NCBI GenBank assembly: GCA_012295275.1
Contig: CM022671.1
Location: forward strand, 18,166,001 to 18,230,000
Direction: 5' to 3'
DNA length: 64,000 nucleotides
DNA from: Chrysomallon squamiferum
Taxonomy: Eukaryota; Animalia; Mollusca
Below, in pieces: positions 1 through 13,382 of the stretch. Numbering within the stretch: position 1 is the first letter of the stretch; the number at the start of each line of letters is the position of its first letter. A program made the translations under genes and the position numbers. Under the pieces are notes generated by a model. The model did no database searches, was not told the origin of the DNA, and saw nothing but the letters and a program-made list of their open reading frames with translations.

Positions 1-1884
1 AAAAATATGTTTTTAAAATGTCAGATGATGGTTACAGGAAAGGTTTGTTGTTATTAAATAACTAAAAATAACCAAGTCTGTTATTCATGTTCTAAAATTG
101 TCTGCAGGGTTGTAACTTAATTACTTGGTTAGTCGTATAGAAAATATCACCGGATGTCAAGATGGCAGATATAAGGACAAAATCAAGATATCAGAAATAA
201 ACACAAAAACACAAAATCATAATGCTGTTTTAACAGCAAGGTCTTTTTTTAATTGTATCTGCATCTATAACCTGAAAATATTACTAGATAGGAGGGCTGA
301 AATATGAACAAAGTCAAAATAACAGAAACTATCTAAAATTAAAATGGCTGAAATAAAATCTAAAATGACTTATGTAACAATGAAAAGATATAAAGATCAC
401 AGCAAAATGAAACTTTTAAAAGCAAATGTCAAGTGTATGATCCATTTTTTTAAATTTATACTGTATTTAATTAGCTCATATTTATGAACAATTTTGTTGA
501 AAGTATTATTTTAATTCAAGATGACTGAAAGAAGTATGAAAGCAATATAGTTAAATAAGGACAAAATACAGATGACTGAAATAAGCATGAAATCAAGATG
601 AAGATATCTGCTATAATGAACAAAAATGATTAAGAAATTCTGGCAAAGTCTTCACATAATTGGATCAAGAATTAGTCTTGCAGAAAATATTACCAGAATT
701 AAAGATGGCTTAAATAAGAATGCAAGAAAAATTAAGAAAAAAGAAAAAAAAAGAAAAGTTGAAATGAAGACAAAATCAAGAAGTCCAATACAAGCACAAA
801 AAGAAAAAAGAAAGTTTTCAAAAGAAATGATCAAACATGAAAAAAAAAAAAAAATGAAAACACCTAATGATTTGTAATGAGTTGGAATAAGTAACAAAAG
901 CTTCAAGAAAATCTGTCTTTATATATGATTTGCTTTCTCGTCTGTTTTTAGTTTTGTTATTTATAATCATAATTATTATGATTTAAAGGTAGCTGAAAAT
1001 AGCACAATATAAGTAAGACCAAAACTAATGTAGATCTATATAGGTACAGATATAACAGTTATTAATATGATTTTATAAATTTTATAAATAGTATTATTTT
1101 AATATGTTTATTCAAAAAGATTTTACTCTAGAAAATAAATATGCATGGGTGTGTGTTCTGTGAATGGTTTTTGAAATATACAATATTTAAAATTAGTTAC
1201 ATCACAAGAGTAATTCCATGTTAAGGCAAATATATGCAAAATAAAAACTGTTATTTTAAAACATGAATAGAATATAAATTTTAATACATTCTCAGGACTA
1301 AACATTTTTTTTTTCAGATATTATCTAATCACACACACACACAACAAAACACAAAAACCCCATCAAAACAAGAATTCAAAAAGAAGAAGAAAAGGCTGCA
1401 TCATAATGAATACAAAAAAACCCTCAGCAAAAAAAAAAAAAAAAAAAAAAAAAATCAATTAAACATTTTCATTTGTTATCACGAAAGTGAAAAGAATGCA
1501 AGATTAAAGAGTGTCAAAACCTGTGATTCACCACTAGGCAGGTGAGTCACCATTTCTGGGTGACAAATGATGACAAAATATTGTGGCTTCCAAATGTCAC
1601 TTTATCACTGTCTGTCAAGACTGACACAAGATAATAAAAAAAAAAAAAAAAATAAACATTCTTCTGTATGTGAAGAAAAATACTTATAAATCTTTTTAAA
1701 ATTTAAAAAAAAAATTAAAATTAAAATTAAACAAAAGTTTTCAAAAAATATTCTGTTAAGATGAAGGTTTAAAAAAAAAAAAAATGTAGGCTTTAATTTA
1801 AATTGACATTACTTGTTTCATTAAGCATTTTAGTAACTAAAGCAGCTAACAGTTCTTAATGAATGTTAATAAGATAACAAAATA

Positions 1885-2095
1885 TTGGGTTGGAACAAAA
1901 GTTTATAGTTTATTTCTAAAGAGAAATTCAAATACAGTATTGAGATAAAGGTACATAGATTTATTCAGCCATATAAGTGCTATTTTGTTCCATTAGCTTT
2001 TACCATCTTTGATACATGATTCTGCCCTCCCAGAACTTGGCATCTTTCTGTGTGATGAACTGGTCTAAATGCTACAAATTCTGATTCCAACCCAA
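1885..2095 (-). mobile_element. Internally deleted mariner transposon remnant
   Basis: TA|TTGGGTTGGAA ... TTCCAACCCAA|TA inverted ends with TA flanks. Minus strand reads LDQFITQKDAKFWEGRIMYQRW*KLMEQNSTYMAE*, matching the mariner transposase C-terminus. An extra TIR-like copy lies at 2196-2211. Confidence 0.85.
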
Positions 2096-4341
2096 TATTA
2101 TATTTATTATTTAATTCTGATTTCACATTGAAGACAAACTATAGTTTATAACTAATGGTTTTATTTTATATTTATTTATTTCAATTTCTATTGAATTTTT
2201 GTTCCAACCCATTTTAAAATGTATTTGTCTGATAGTTTTGGCTGAGATAATTTAAATTAACAACAATTATTGTTGAAAACTGATTATTTTTATATTAAGA
2301 ATCTTTTTTTAATGGTGAGATTGAAAACAATATTATTTTAAGTCAAAATGAACTGTTGTAATAAATCTCAGTCTTTTGGGTTAATATCAACATCAAATAC
2401 AATGTTAATATTAATCTATATGACAGAAATGGTTAATTAAATTACAGTAATTGTCAAATTTGGAAATATTTTTAAAGATAGTATGTGTTTAATATTATTT
2501 TAAATAAAAAGCACTTGTTTCAGTTTGCACGAAACTGAAAAAATATTATTTATCTACATGTTAATGGCATTTTTACCTGATAATAATGTTTACAGTGAAA
2601 ATGTTTTCACAGTAATAATGTCAAAAATAATAAATTCTTTCACAGACAAAATATTTGACTACATATTGCAAACTAACCAATATTTCAACAAAAACAAGCT
2701 CAAGGAGAAAATTATTTCAAAGTAATTATTTTAAATAAAATTTATGCATTGACGTGTTCTTTTCTTGTACCACTGTTGGAAGAAAAAAACTAAATATTTT
2801 TTTTTATCAACCGAATATAAACGGCATAATATTTGCATAACCATAACACATGCCAACAAAATATTGTGAACAATGTCTGAAACAAACAGTCCAAGTCAAA
2901 TACAAGGAGGAAGAGATTTCCTGGTTCAGACTTTCTCGATCATGCTCGATATGAAATGAATGTTTTAATAACACGACGCTAACCTTCACTTAAATCTGTT
3001 TACGTTGTACAAATACTAAACAAAAATTTCTTCTTATTGATTTTTATGAATTTATCCTTGACCATACTGTGTGCTAGTAATACGGTACACATTAAGATTA
3101 GCTCAAAATGGATGAGGAAAAGGTTGGCGTTTAATTTTGCAACTGAATTTATTCGAATCGTTTCATGAATCTGATGCATTGCCAAGAGATGTCAATACCG
3201 TCATTACACTGATAAATCCAAGGATAAATAACTGCAATTCACTACAAACAAGAAAAATGCTTTAATCTCGTGTTTTTCAGCCAGTCGGAAGCTGCTGCAG
3301 AGAACACGATGTAGCTGTTAATGGAGACAGGTTTTAACTCAATTTAAGGTCATCTTTAAGCAGTCTTGGGTCGTGTGTCAAAAGGGAAACAGCAGACTGC
3401 CAAATCAGTTTTAAAATATTCAATATTCCCAGTTTTTTTATTTTACATGTTTACTTTCACCAATCAGGGTGTTAGACTTAAGCATGTTGTCAAATGAAAA
3501 AAGAAAAACAAATTGAATGTCAGAACAGTTTAATGTTGATGGTCATGACCATGAATGATTTTAAGTGTTAACATTCACAGATTGTCCATTAGATCCTTTT
3601 TTTTTTTGTAATTATTTTTTGCTGCAGTCTCTTTAATTTCAGCCATACAGTCATAGCAGTAAAAGAAAAAAAAAAAAAAAAATTAAGTGCTGAATTAGTT
3701 TAATATTTAAAGCTCAGTATTAACAAGCTTTGAATTTCTTTCAAGGTCTTTAAAAAAAATATTTAATCTTTTTTATTTTGTAATACAAAAATGAAAAATT
3801 AAATAGAAAAATTAGTGTAATGTTTATGGTTGTGATCATGCTAGTTTTCAAAATAATTTCAATAATTACTTTTTAAAAGGAGTTTTGTTACCTAAAGAAA
3901 AAAAAAAGTCAAGTGTCAGATTGATTGAATATTTATAGTTGTGAAGAAATGATTACATTATCAATCATTTCTTGTATTTTTTCTTATACTTTTAAAAACA
4001 AAATTTCTTCAGTAAGGAAAATGACTTAAATGTGTTAAATTTTTATAGTTGTGATCATAGATGAGAGTGTAAGAATTAAAGTCTCCTGTTATTTGCTATG
4101 CTCTTTTTAATTCTGTTTCAAGTTCCTTGATTTAAGTTAAGTTGTCAACAAATGGGGAAAATAAGATTAATAATAAAAATATAAAAACTCAGGAAAACTC
4201 AACCAGTTTGTTTTAATATTTATTAATATTGTTTAGGGAATCCAAAAAAAAAAAAAAAAAAAAAAAAAAATTAAAAATTATAAAAAAAAAAATAAAAAAA
4301 AAAAAAAAAAAAATAAATAATAATAATAATAATAATATAAA

Positions 4342-4402
<61 letters not shown>

Positions 4403-6180
4403 GTAATAGTAATAATAATAATTATTATTATTATTACTGCTGCTAATGTTATTAATAAAATAACTTAAAAGTGAATGAGCTTGTAATGTTTTTTAATCTT
4501 TCTCAAAGGTTTTTCATTTAATATCACTGTTGTTATTGTTATGTTTTAAGTCTTAATATTACGCAAAAAACCCCACATACTGAGACCTTAGATAACATAA
4601 AACCATGCCACATCACTTTGTAAAAATCATTAGTTGCATTCTAACTGTCCTTGAAGTTTTCTTCTTTTTAAGTCATAATGTTGCAAAAAGGAAATAATTT
4701 CTGTCAAAATAGTTTAGTATTTCTAAAACTTATTAATGGCTTCTTACTTTCTTTGGTGCTTTTTTTTTTTTGTTTTATTTTTTTTTTTTTTCTTTGTTTG
4801 TTTAGTTGTTGTTGTTTTAAGATATAATTATAAAGAGGAAATACTTCAAGACAGACCATTGTTGTGATCAAATAAATTTAAGAGTTTTTATTAATGGCTT
4901 CTTGCATTCCTTCAAGCTTTCTTGTTTGTTTTTCTACTGTTTTGTTTATTAAGCCGTGTTAGGTCACATGACAAACAGGAAATACTAAGTGCCAAAATAG
5001 GGTTATTTGCAGATGTGATCAAACAAGCTTTAGTTCTTTAATTGTTTTTTTTTAAATTTGGTGTGTGTGTTTAAATGCCATACTGTATCATGTCAGAAGC
5101 AAACAAAAGCCAAAATAATATATCAGCATGAAAGATCACAGGAGTTTTTCTTCTTAAAACTTTTTTCATGATTTTTAACTTCTTTTTTTAGCACTTTAAT
5201 AAAAAAGTTTTAAGCCATAAATGTAACTGATTTTCTTTGACACTTCTTTTTTTTTCTCTTATATTATTGTGTAAAAAAATAAAAAATAAAAATAAACAGA
5301 AAATAAAGAAGTGAAAGAAGGGAAAAAAAAATAATAATTAGAACAAATATATTAAAACAAACTAAATACCACTAAACAAATACTAATTCATTCTTAAATA
5401 TAAAATGTGTGAGTCTGCATGTGTATGTGTAAGTGTGTGTGTGTGTGTGTCTTTAAATTTTATTTAGGTATAAAAGAAAAATAATTACATATCATTCATC
5501 ACACAATTTTTTGTGCATCCTTCTCATTGTTTACCACAATCAAACTCTGAATTGCCTTCACAGATACACAAGAAATTAAAATGTAATTGCTAGTCTGACC
5601 ATATCAATACATTTGAAACCAATACTCGTAGAACAGAAAAGTGCAAAACTCCTTCAACAAACAGACAAGGGAAATAACAAAGACGCAGACTGTCATTTGT
5701 AAAATTCTTTAAGTCTTTGCGGATATCCCGTAAATCCTTGTATGTCTATAATTTATACGATTCCTGGGTTTTTGTCAGTATTCTGTGTTGTTAAGACATA
5801 CAGTGTGCATGTTATGTTAGAAATTTTGAGATAAAGTTTTCAGATATACTGTGTGTTAAAAGAGGAAAGAAAAAAAAAATTGTCAATAAAAGAAATTTTA
5901 ACTTAAATGCTCGAATATTAGAATGAGAAAAGTGAATTAACATGTAAGTACACTTAGAATTAAAGAAAGAAAGAAAAAAAATTAAAAAAGAGAAGAAGCA
6001 AAGAACTTCTCTTGAATCAACAGCCATACTCAAGAAAACTTATTAAAAATGTTTCTTTATAAATATATATTTATATCTTGTTTCAAATGTAATAACAATA
6101 GCAGTGGTTGTAGTGCTAGTAGTAATATTAGCAGAGTAGTTTTAGCAGCAGCAGCAGCAGTAGTAGTGGTGGTAGTAGTA

Positions 6181-6233
<53 letters not shown>

Positions 6234-7233
6234 AATAGGTAAAAAACATAAAGAAAAACAAAGCACACATGAACAAACAAGACCACAGTTCTGCTATGGT
6301 TAATGGTTTCTGTTATTGTTGCCAGTGCTAGTAAGTTGTTTACTAGAAACAGCTATTATTGTGAGCCCTGAAAATGGGTTTCAGGCTGATGAAACTTTAA
6401 ATGTACTATCAGACTAATAAATAATGTAGTAACCAAATTACAGCAGTCACGTGAAACCAATGAAGTGGATACATAAAGTGTAGGTTGTAAGAAATTGACA
6501 AATAAATTGTTATTGATTCTGAACCACTCAAATAGACATTCGTTCCATTTATTCTCTCTCTCTCTCTCTCTCTCTCTATCTCCTTTTCTCTCTCAGTCTC
6601 CTTTTCATCTCTATTTATCTATATCTCTTTCTCAATCTGTGTCATTTTCTTTCTATCTTTAGTCAAATTTTTTTCTATTTATTTTTATTTCTACCTTTTA
6701 TTTATTCTTTTTTATCTTTATTTTATTTTTCAATCTATCATTGTTTTATCTCTCAAACTTTATACATATATAACAATTATTTTTCACATCAAAACAAACA
6801 CTCTGAAACTTATAAACCATATATAGAGTACATGCAATAGAAATAAACTAAATATATGAACACATACATTTACTTATAAAGCCATATATACATTCATGAA
6901 CATTCATACTCATTCTTGCATAAACTATACACAGATATGTACAAAAACTCAAACATTCACAACCACATAAACCCTAACATAAACACATATACACATTTAA
7001 ACTTTTTCTATCTCTCTTTTTCTCACACACAACACCACACACGTAAACCTGTAAAAAAACCACACACACCGAAACATATTTTCAAACAGAATCAAAACCA
7101 TTGAACCAATTCTTTATTATTTAAATTTTTTTTTAAAGAAAAGGAAAGAAGAAAACAAAAAAAAGAAAGTAAAACTCCACCCAATCCATCCTTTGAAAAC
7201 ATTTCTTTTTGACAACAAATACAACTTTACTTG

Positions 7234-7274
<41 letters not shown>

Positions 7275-9084
7275 AAACTCAGATCCAAGTTCTGACGTAC
7301 ACAGCTTTTATTAATCTAACAACTCTACAATGGCTGGTTGCGAAGGACTTTGGACAGTGACGTGCAAACTAGTTCTGAGTAAACAGGTGAAGTAAACAAG
7401 TCACTGATAGATTAATTAACCTGAACACCAGAGCTCAGGTAACCTTCCAGTACAATTCCTCAAACATTAATCACCACAGAGAAAAAAAAAGAAGAAATAA
7501 ATAATAAAGGTAACCTAAGAAATGGGGAAAGAAATTTATATTATTAAAAAACGTGTACAATTTCTACAGATATTAAGTCTGTGATTTTCTTATGCAAATG
7601 GATAGTATTACAGAATAACACAGGACAGAAAAGTTTCCACTCCCGTTATCCAAAAATTGCAGTTTCACATAAAAGAGAGAGAATGTCTTTTGTTAAGCTC
7701 TTTTGAACTGTAACACTTATGGAAAACACCCAGATAAAACTGCATGATGAAAGAAACAGGCTTTTTATCCGCTGGTAGTTATATTACATCATGTCTGTAC
7801 CCTAAAAATTTAAAGCTGAGTTTTACTGAAAGATGAAAGTAGTTGCATTATGCCGTCTACTTAACTAAGTTCTTGTTGTAAAAATTCAAACTATTAAAGA
7901 TATTTTAGTACCAGCATTAAAAATTTAAACTATAAGAGACCTGACAGATGAAAATAGTATATGTCATCTACTTAACCACATTCTTTAGGTAAAAATTCGA
8001 ATTATAATAAATAACTTTTAAAGATTTGATGATGTTTGTTGTATTTTTATGTTCCTGCCCTAAAAAATGTGCAGTACGAATTTTATGAAAGATAAAGTAG
8101 TTAGGTTATATCATGTTGGTTACTGTGGTAACACTATTTTACTTGTAGTGATAATGAATGATCACACAAATAATATACATTGTCAGATTATACTTTTACT
8201 GTTTTCAAATAAAAATAATTTCAAAAAACAGATAGTCCTAACTTTATAATATTAATGAATATATAAAACTGTATGTTATTATATTTATGAATTTAATAAC
8301 TTTTACTACAACAATTATATATTACAATATTAATTACTTTATGTAATATTCTATAAAATTTTGACTTTAATCATAAAAATTTTAAAAGTTGTTTAAAAAT
8401 TTAATATTTTATTAATTTATTCATGTTTAAAGGAAACTGTACATTATAATAATTATTTGGAATCATAATTTGAACTCCAGTTACAACAAAATAAGTTCTA
8501 ATGCAAAAAAATTAAAATCATGAAAAAAAAAAAAAAAAAAAAAGATTAATATTAACAATACTGAAGTAAAAAATTAAAAATAAAACAAAAATTAAAATAC
8601 ATTTTATATTTCAATTATTTAAATTTAATTTTAATCCTTTAGAAATGTTACAGTATGATGAAATCCATATATATATTCAAAAAAAAACAATGAAAAAATT
8701 CCCCAAAAAGAAAACAAATACAAAAATAAATAAAAATTAAAATAAAATAAAATAAAAAAAAAAGAAAAAGTAGTAAAAAAGAAAGATAAAACAGAACCAA
8801 AGAAAATGCAAAAACAAAAAACAAGAACTAATTGTTTTATTTTAAAAAGGTACAAAAAAAGAAAAAAAAAAGATACTGTAGTAATGTTTATTCCAAGATA
8901 TATTTAACATCAAAGCCGATTAGTCGACTGTACGATTAATAACTGGAGTTTGGTCAATAGACTTTAATAGTCAGTGATTAATTATGGAGTTTAACATCAC
9001 TGTGGAAATCTTTCACCCAACAGTGATGAATATACTATAATAAGAATTTATATTGTTATTGGTATGCATAAAGGTGAAAGAGAG

Positions 9085-9290
9085 AGTGTGAGTGTGTGTG
9101 TGAGTGTGGAGTGTGTGTGTGTGTGTGGGTGTGAGTGTGTGTGAGTGTGTGTGTGAGTGTGTGAGTGAGTGTGTGTTAGTGTATGTGAGTGTGAGTAAGT
9201 ATGTGAGTGTGAGTGTGAGTGTAAGTGTGTGAGTGTGTGTGTGTGTGTGAATGTGAGTAAGTGTGAGTGTGAGTGTGAATGTGAGTAAGT

Positions 9291-9343
<53 letters not shown>
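9085..9343 (+). repeat. Compound (GT)n/(GTGA)n microsatellite
   Basis: Directly visible; source of the spurious 161-aa His/Thr ORF. Confidence 0.95.
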
Positions 9344-9348
<5 letters not shown>

Positions 9349-10869
9349 CATTAACACCACAGAAGCATTGTTCTCATCAGATGACCAGGGATAATGAGAT
9401 TTCACAGATAAAGCTGACCAGTGGTCACCTGTCCCTGGGGCAAACATAGACAACATGTTTTGTATAATACATGAACAAACTACAGGAGCGGCAGACAAAA
9501 GCCATTATTATATTAATTATTCTCATCTGAGTTCTGTTGTAGAAATAAACATTTTCAAGGTTGCTTGCACTGGCAGCTAGACAGCTAACATGACAGCTCA
9601 TGAGATGTATCCTCACTGTGTTTCATTACTGGCTTATATATAATAATAATAATAATAATAACAATAATAACACCAACCATAAATATTTATATATATGCAT
9701 ATTCAGCAATATATATATATGCATATTCTCAATATATATACATATATATGTAGAAATAATATAAAAACAATGTCTACAACAATATCAACAATAGCAGCTG
9801 CAACATGACTACCCTCGCCAACAACAACAACAACAACACCTAGCAATACTATCTGTAATGTAACCTAGATACAAAATGACATTAATACATAATACAAAAT
9901 TATATCAATAACAACAATAGCAGCAGCAGCAGCAGCACAAACAACAACGACAACAACGAGACCAATCCCAGCTGTCAGGAACTTAACCTAGATATACTAG
10001 TACATTTATATACATGTACAACACAAAACAAATATCCAGTTTTGTCACAAGCAGGTAAATGTATTCAGCCTCCTAAGGATTTATGCCAACAGTTGTCATA
10101 AGTGTAAATTTTGTATCAAAATGTTACGCACAACCAACCAATGCAGCTGACACAAGGAAACAAAAACCGAGAAACATGATTCATGTGGATGTTACTACAT
10201 CAGTTAGTTTCTAATAATAACACTGGCAAAATGATGGCCTTGTCCTGTACTGGTGCAGAAAAAAAAAAAATAATAATAATAAGCACAAAAGTGCTTGGTT
10301 AGCAGATGATAATCAGAATTGCGCAATCATCATGATTTTTTTGTCATGCTCTGATGGCCTGAATTTTGTTTATGAAGCTTTGATATGTTTCTGTTTATTT
10401 CAGCTGAAATGAGTTAAAGATTGATATGTGTAGTATAAAAACTAGTATCTTAATTTGTTGGTGAAGTATTGGTGACCTAAATGTGTGTTAAATGTTTGTA
10501 AATAAATATTAGATTTAATGAGTTTTATTTTATGTCACTTGTTGATGAAGGAAGTGAAAAGTGAAAAATGTGATGTAAACTGAAAATTTTTTTTAATAAT
10601 ATGTACAGAATATAAATTGGTCATAAAAAAAAAATAATAATAATAATAATAATGACGACAATAATGACAATGATTATGTTGATGATGACAAAATGTATTT
10701 ACTCATTTTACTAATTAGAAAATTTAATACTACTATAGTAATTCAAGCATGTTCAGACATATAATTATTCATCCATATACAAAATATCTTTCTCAGACCT
10801 TTCTCTCACATCCAGACACACAAACACAGAATGACAGTCACACCAGTACCCACATCCACACACTCACCA

Positions 10870-10927
<58 letters not shown>

Positions 10928-11039
10928 TCATACACACTTTTAACAGATGGTCAATCAAAAACACATAAATAAAAAAAATGCAATTAAAATTCTCGAAATA
11001 AAATACGTGACATTAAAGAAAAACATTTTTCTAAAACCG

Positions 11040-11340
11040 TCCCCTTTCCCACTTTGATTGGCCATTAACCTTGATAACAAAAGAAAAGCAGCTGTTGCCG
11101 GTTCCAGCCAATCGGAATGCTGCTTTAAATCCCCCCTGATATTACCTCAACAACAGTTTCGTCTCTGACTATTTATAGACACCTAAATTCCCTTTCCTAA
11201 TTTTAACCCAAACATCAAAACAATAACAAAGAGAAAAGTTGAGAGGAAGAAGGAAAACCACCTTGTGACGAGAGAGAACTAACCAACCAATGGTAATGAA
11301 CCTTTTATCAAACATCAGCCAATCAGAAGTTTACAAATGT
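11040..11340. promoter_or_regulatory. Candidate internal promoter/enhancer in IPPK intron 7
   Basis: Four CCAAT boxes (11057 minus; 11108, 11287, 11319 plus), CTATTTATAG MEF2/TATA-like at 11169-11178, E-box CAGCTG at 11089, CpGs retained. Confidence 0.5.
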
Positions 11341-11420
11341 TCTTATCTCCTTGACAAGGAAATCCCATCTAGACAGGGGTGTAATATTTTGTACATTTTT
11401 ATTTTGAAGATGGTATGTGT

Positions 11421-11457
<37 letters not shown>

Positions 11458-11746
11458 ACACACAGAAACATACAGTTTTACTTTGAAAAAACTGAAGAAA
11501 TTATTAGAAGAAAGGAAAAATGTTCTTGTGACTGGTTTTGATTTAATATTTTTATTAATCAACAGTAATAAACAGAGACTATTTTTTTTTCTTTTTTCAT
11601 TCTTCCTTGTATGAATTATTAAACAACTCCATCCCAGCCATTTTCTCCAGTGGGATCCATGATACCTGAATTCACTAACAATAAAAAAAAAAAAAAAAAA
11701 AAAACATGACACCCCTACAGAGGAATGATCCATTTTGTGCACTCAC

Positions 11747-11805
11747 CCAGAAAAAAGGTCCAAGGGGCAGTAATGACTTGCTTCTGGCCACTTGTATTCT
11801 TTGAC
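11747..11805 (-). CDS. IPPK: IPPK coding exon 7 (VKEYKWPEASHYCPLDLFS+GG)
   Basis: tttttctttttgcag acceptor, GG|gtgagt donor. 59 nt, phase 0/2. The YCPLDLFSG hallmark motif continues exon 6 in frame across a 42.8-kb intron. No exon 8 (QNN motif) found in 1-11746. Confidence 0.93.
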
Positions 11806-12054
11806 CTGCAAAAAGAAAAAGAAAAAAAATATGTTTAACACCTGCCATGGGACTGGTGAGGCACTGATCCCATTATCCATGTTTTAGTACACACATCTCA
11901 GACTTACTGGTACCTCATGCTAGCACTTCACTGCTGTATTCTGTGTGATCATCAGCTCAGTTTATCAACCATGCAGCCACTTTCTCAATACATCTGTACA
12001 GAGATCAGTCATTATTCCAACAACTGAATTAACAAGATCTCATTTCTACAGATT

Positions 12055-12126
<72 letters not shown>

Positions 12127-13347
12127 TCCCCCCCCCATTGTCACTATGTCTCTCACATATCACCATTTATAAATCTTTTTCCCACATATCACTATTCGTT
12201 TTCTCCTATAAACTACCTTTAACTATTTCTCTGACCTTTTCTGTATCACAGTCACTGTTTCTCTCTCTCTCTTTCTCTCTCTACATTACCATATTTCTTT
12301 CTTTTTCCTTTCTTTTTCTTCATTCTCATTCATTTTTTCCCCCACTCTACCTGTGTATTTATTTAGCCATTTCTCCTCTCTCTCACATATTATTTATTAT
12401 TTTAATATTTCTTTTTCATATTTCTTCCAAGTCATTTATGCTAGTTCACAAGTTCACAATAACCATTTAGCCATTATTTATTTGACAAGTTGTTTAGCCT
12501 CACCCTATAAAATATTTTTTCCTTAAAGACAAAGGATTTCTTTTCTCATATTTTATTATTATAATAAATAAATAAATAATATCAGTAACATCAACAACAA
12601 TATAACAAGTGCAATATAAATAACAGGTACCAACAACAACAACAACAACAACAATAACAAAATTGATAAACAAATACTAAATGATTTATGTGTATACTTT
12701 ATTTCTGTAAACACTGTGTTACATAATCCTGCTAAACTGGGTATTTAATCTGAACCCTGTGTAGCTGTGTCTTTAATGGCTTGTATACACACTAGAGTGT
12801 AAAAGGATCACATTGACCTCTTTAGATACAGGCTATCTCCATGCTCCACCTGGTGTAGATAATAACAGCTGGACATAACTCCGTCTCCACATGAGTGAGT
12901 CAGATATAACAGTAACATGACCACCTTTAGTGAAGGTTAACAATGTAACAGTACTTTGTGGCCAACCCAAACAACAAGCCAAGCTATTTTACACACACTG
13001 TCAATTACTGCCATCTTGTTTCTGATAACAGCCATGTTTTTCAGAATCATGTCTTTGTGTGTGTGATTGTTATCTAGAATTAATATTAATGTAACTGTAC
13101 CATCATTACTACTACTACTACTACTGCAACTACTACTATTTCAACAAAATCCACTACTGCAGAACTAATACAATTTTTATAATTCCACTAACACTACTTT
13201 AACTACTACTATTTTTTTTACTGCTACCAAAATTCAGCATTTCAGTGGATCTGTTTGATACTTATTTAACAATCTTAGAATGAAACCCTTAATAAATATC
13301 TAACATTATCTTTTATGTCTTAACTCTTTACAATAACACATTATACT

Positions 13348-13382
<35 letters not shown>

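Noticed and set aside
9520-9616. Possible IPPK exon 8 (cacag acceptor on the minus strand)
   Set aside because: The required phase gives a stop within about ten codons and there is no QNNL motif.
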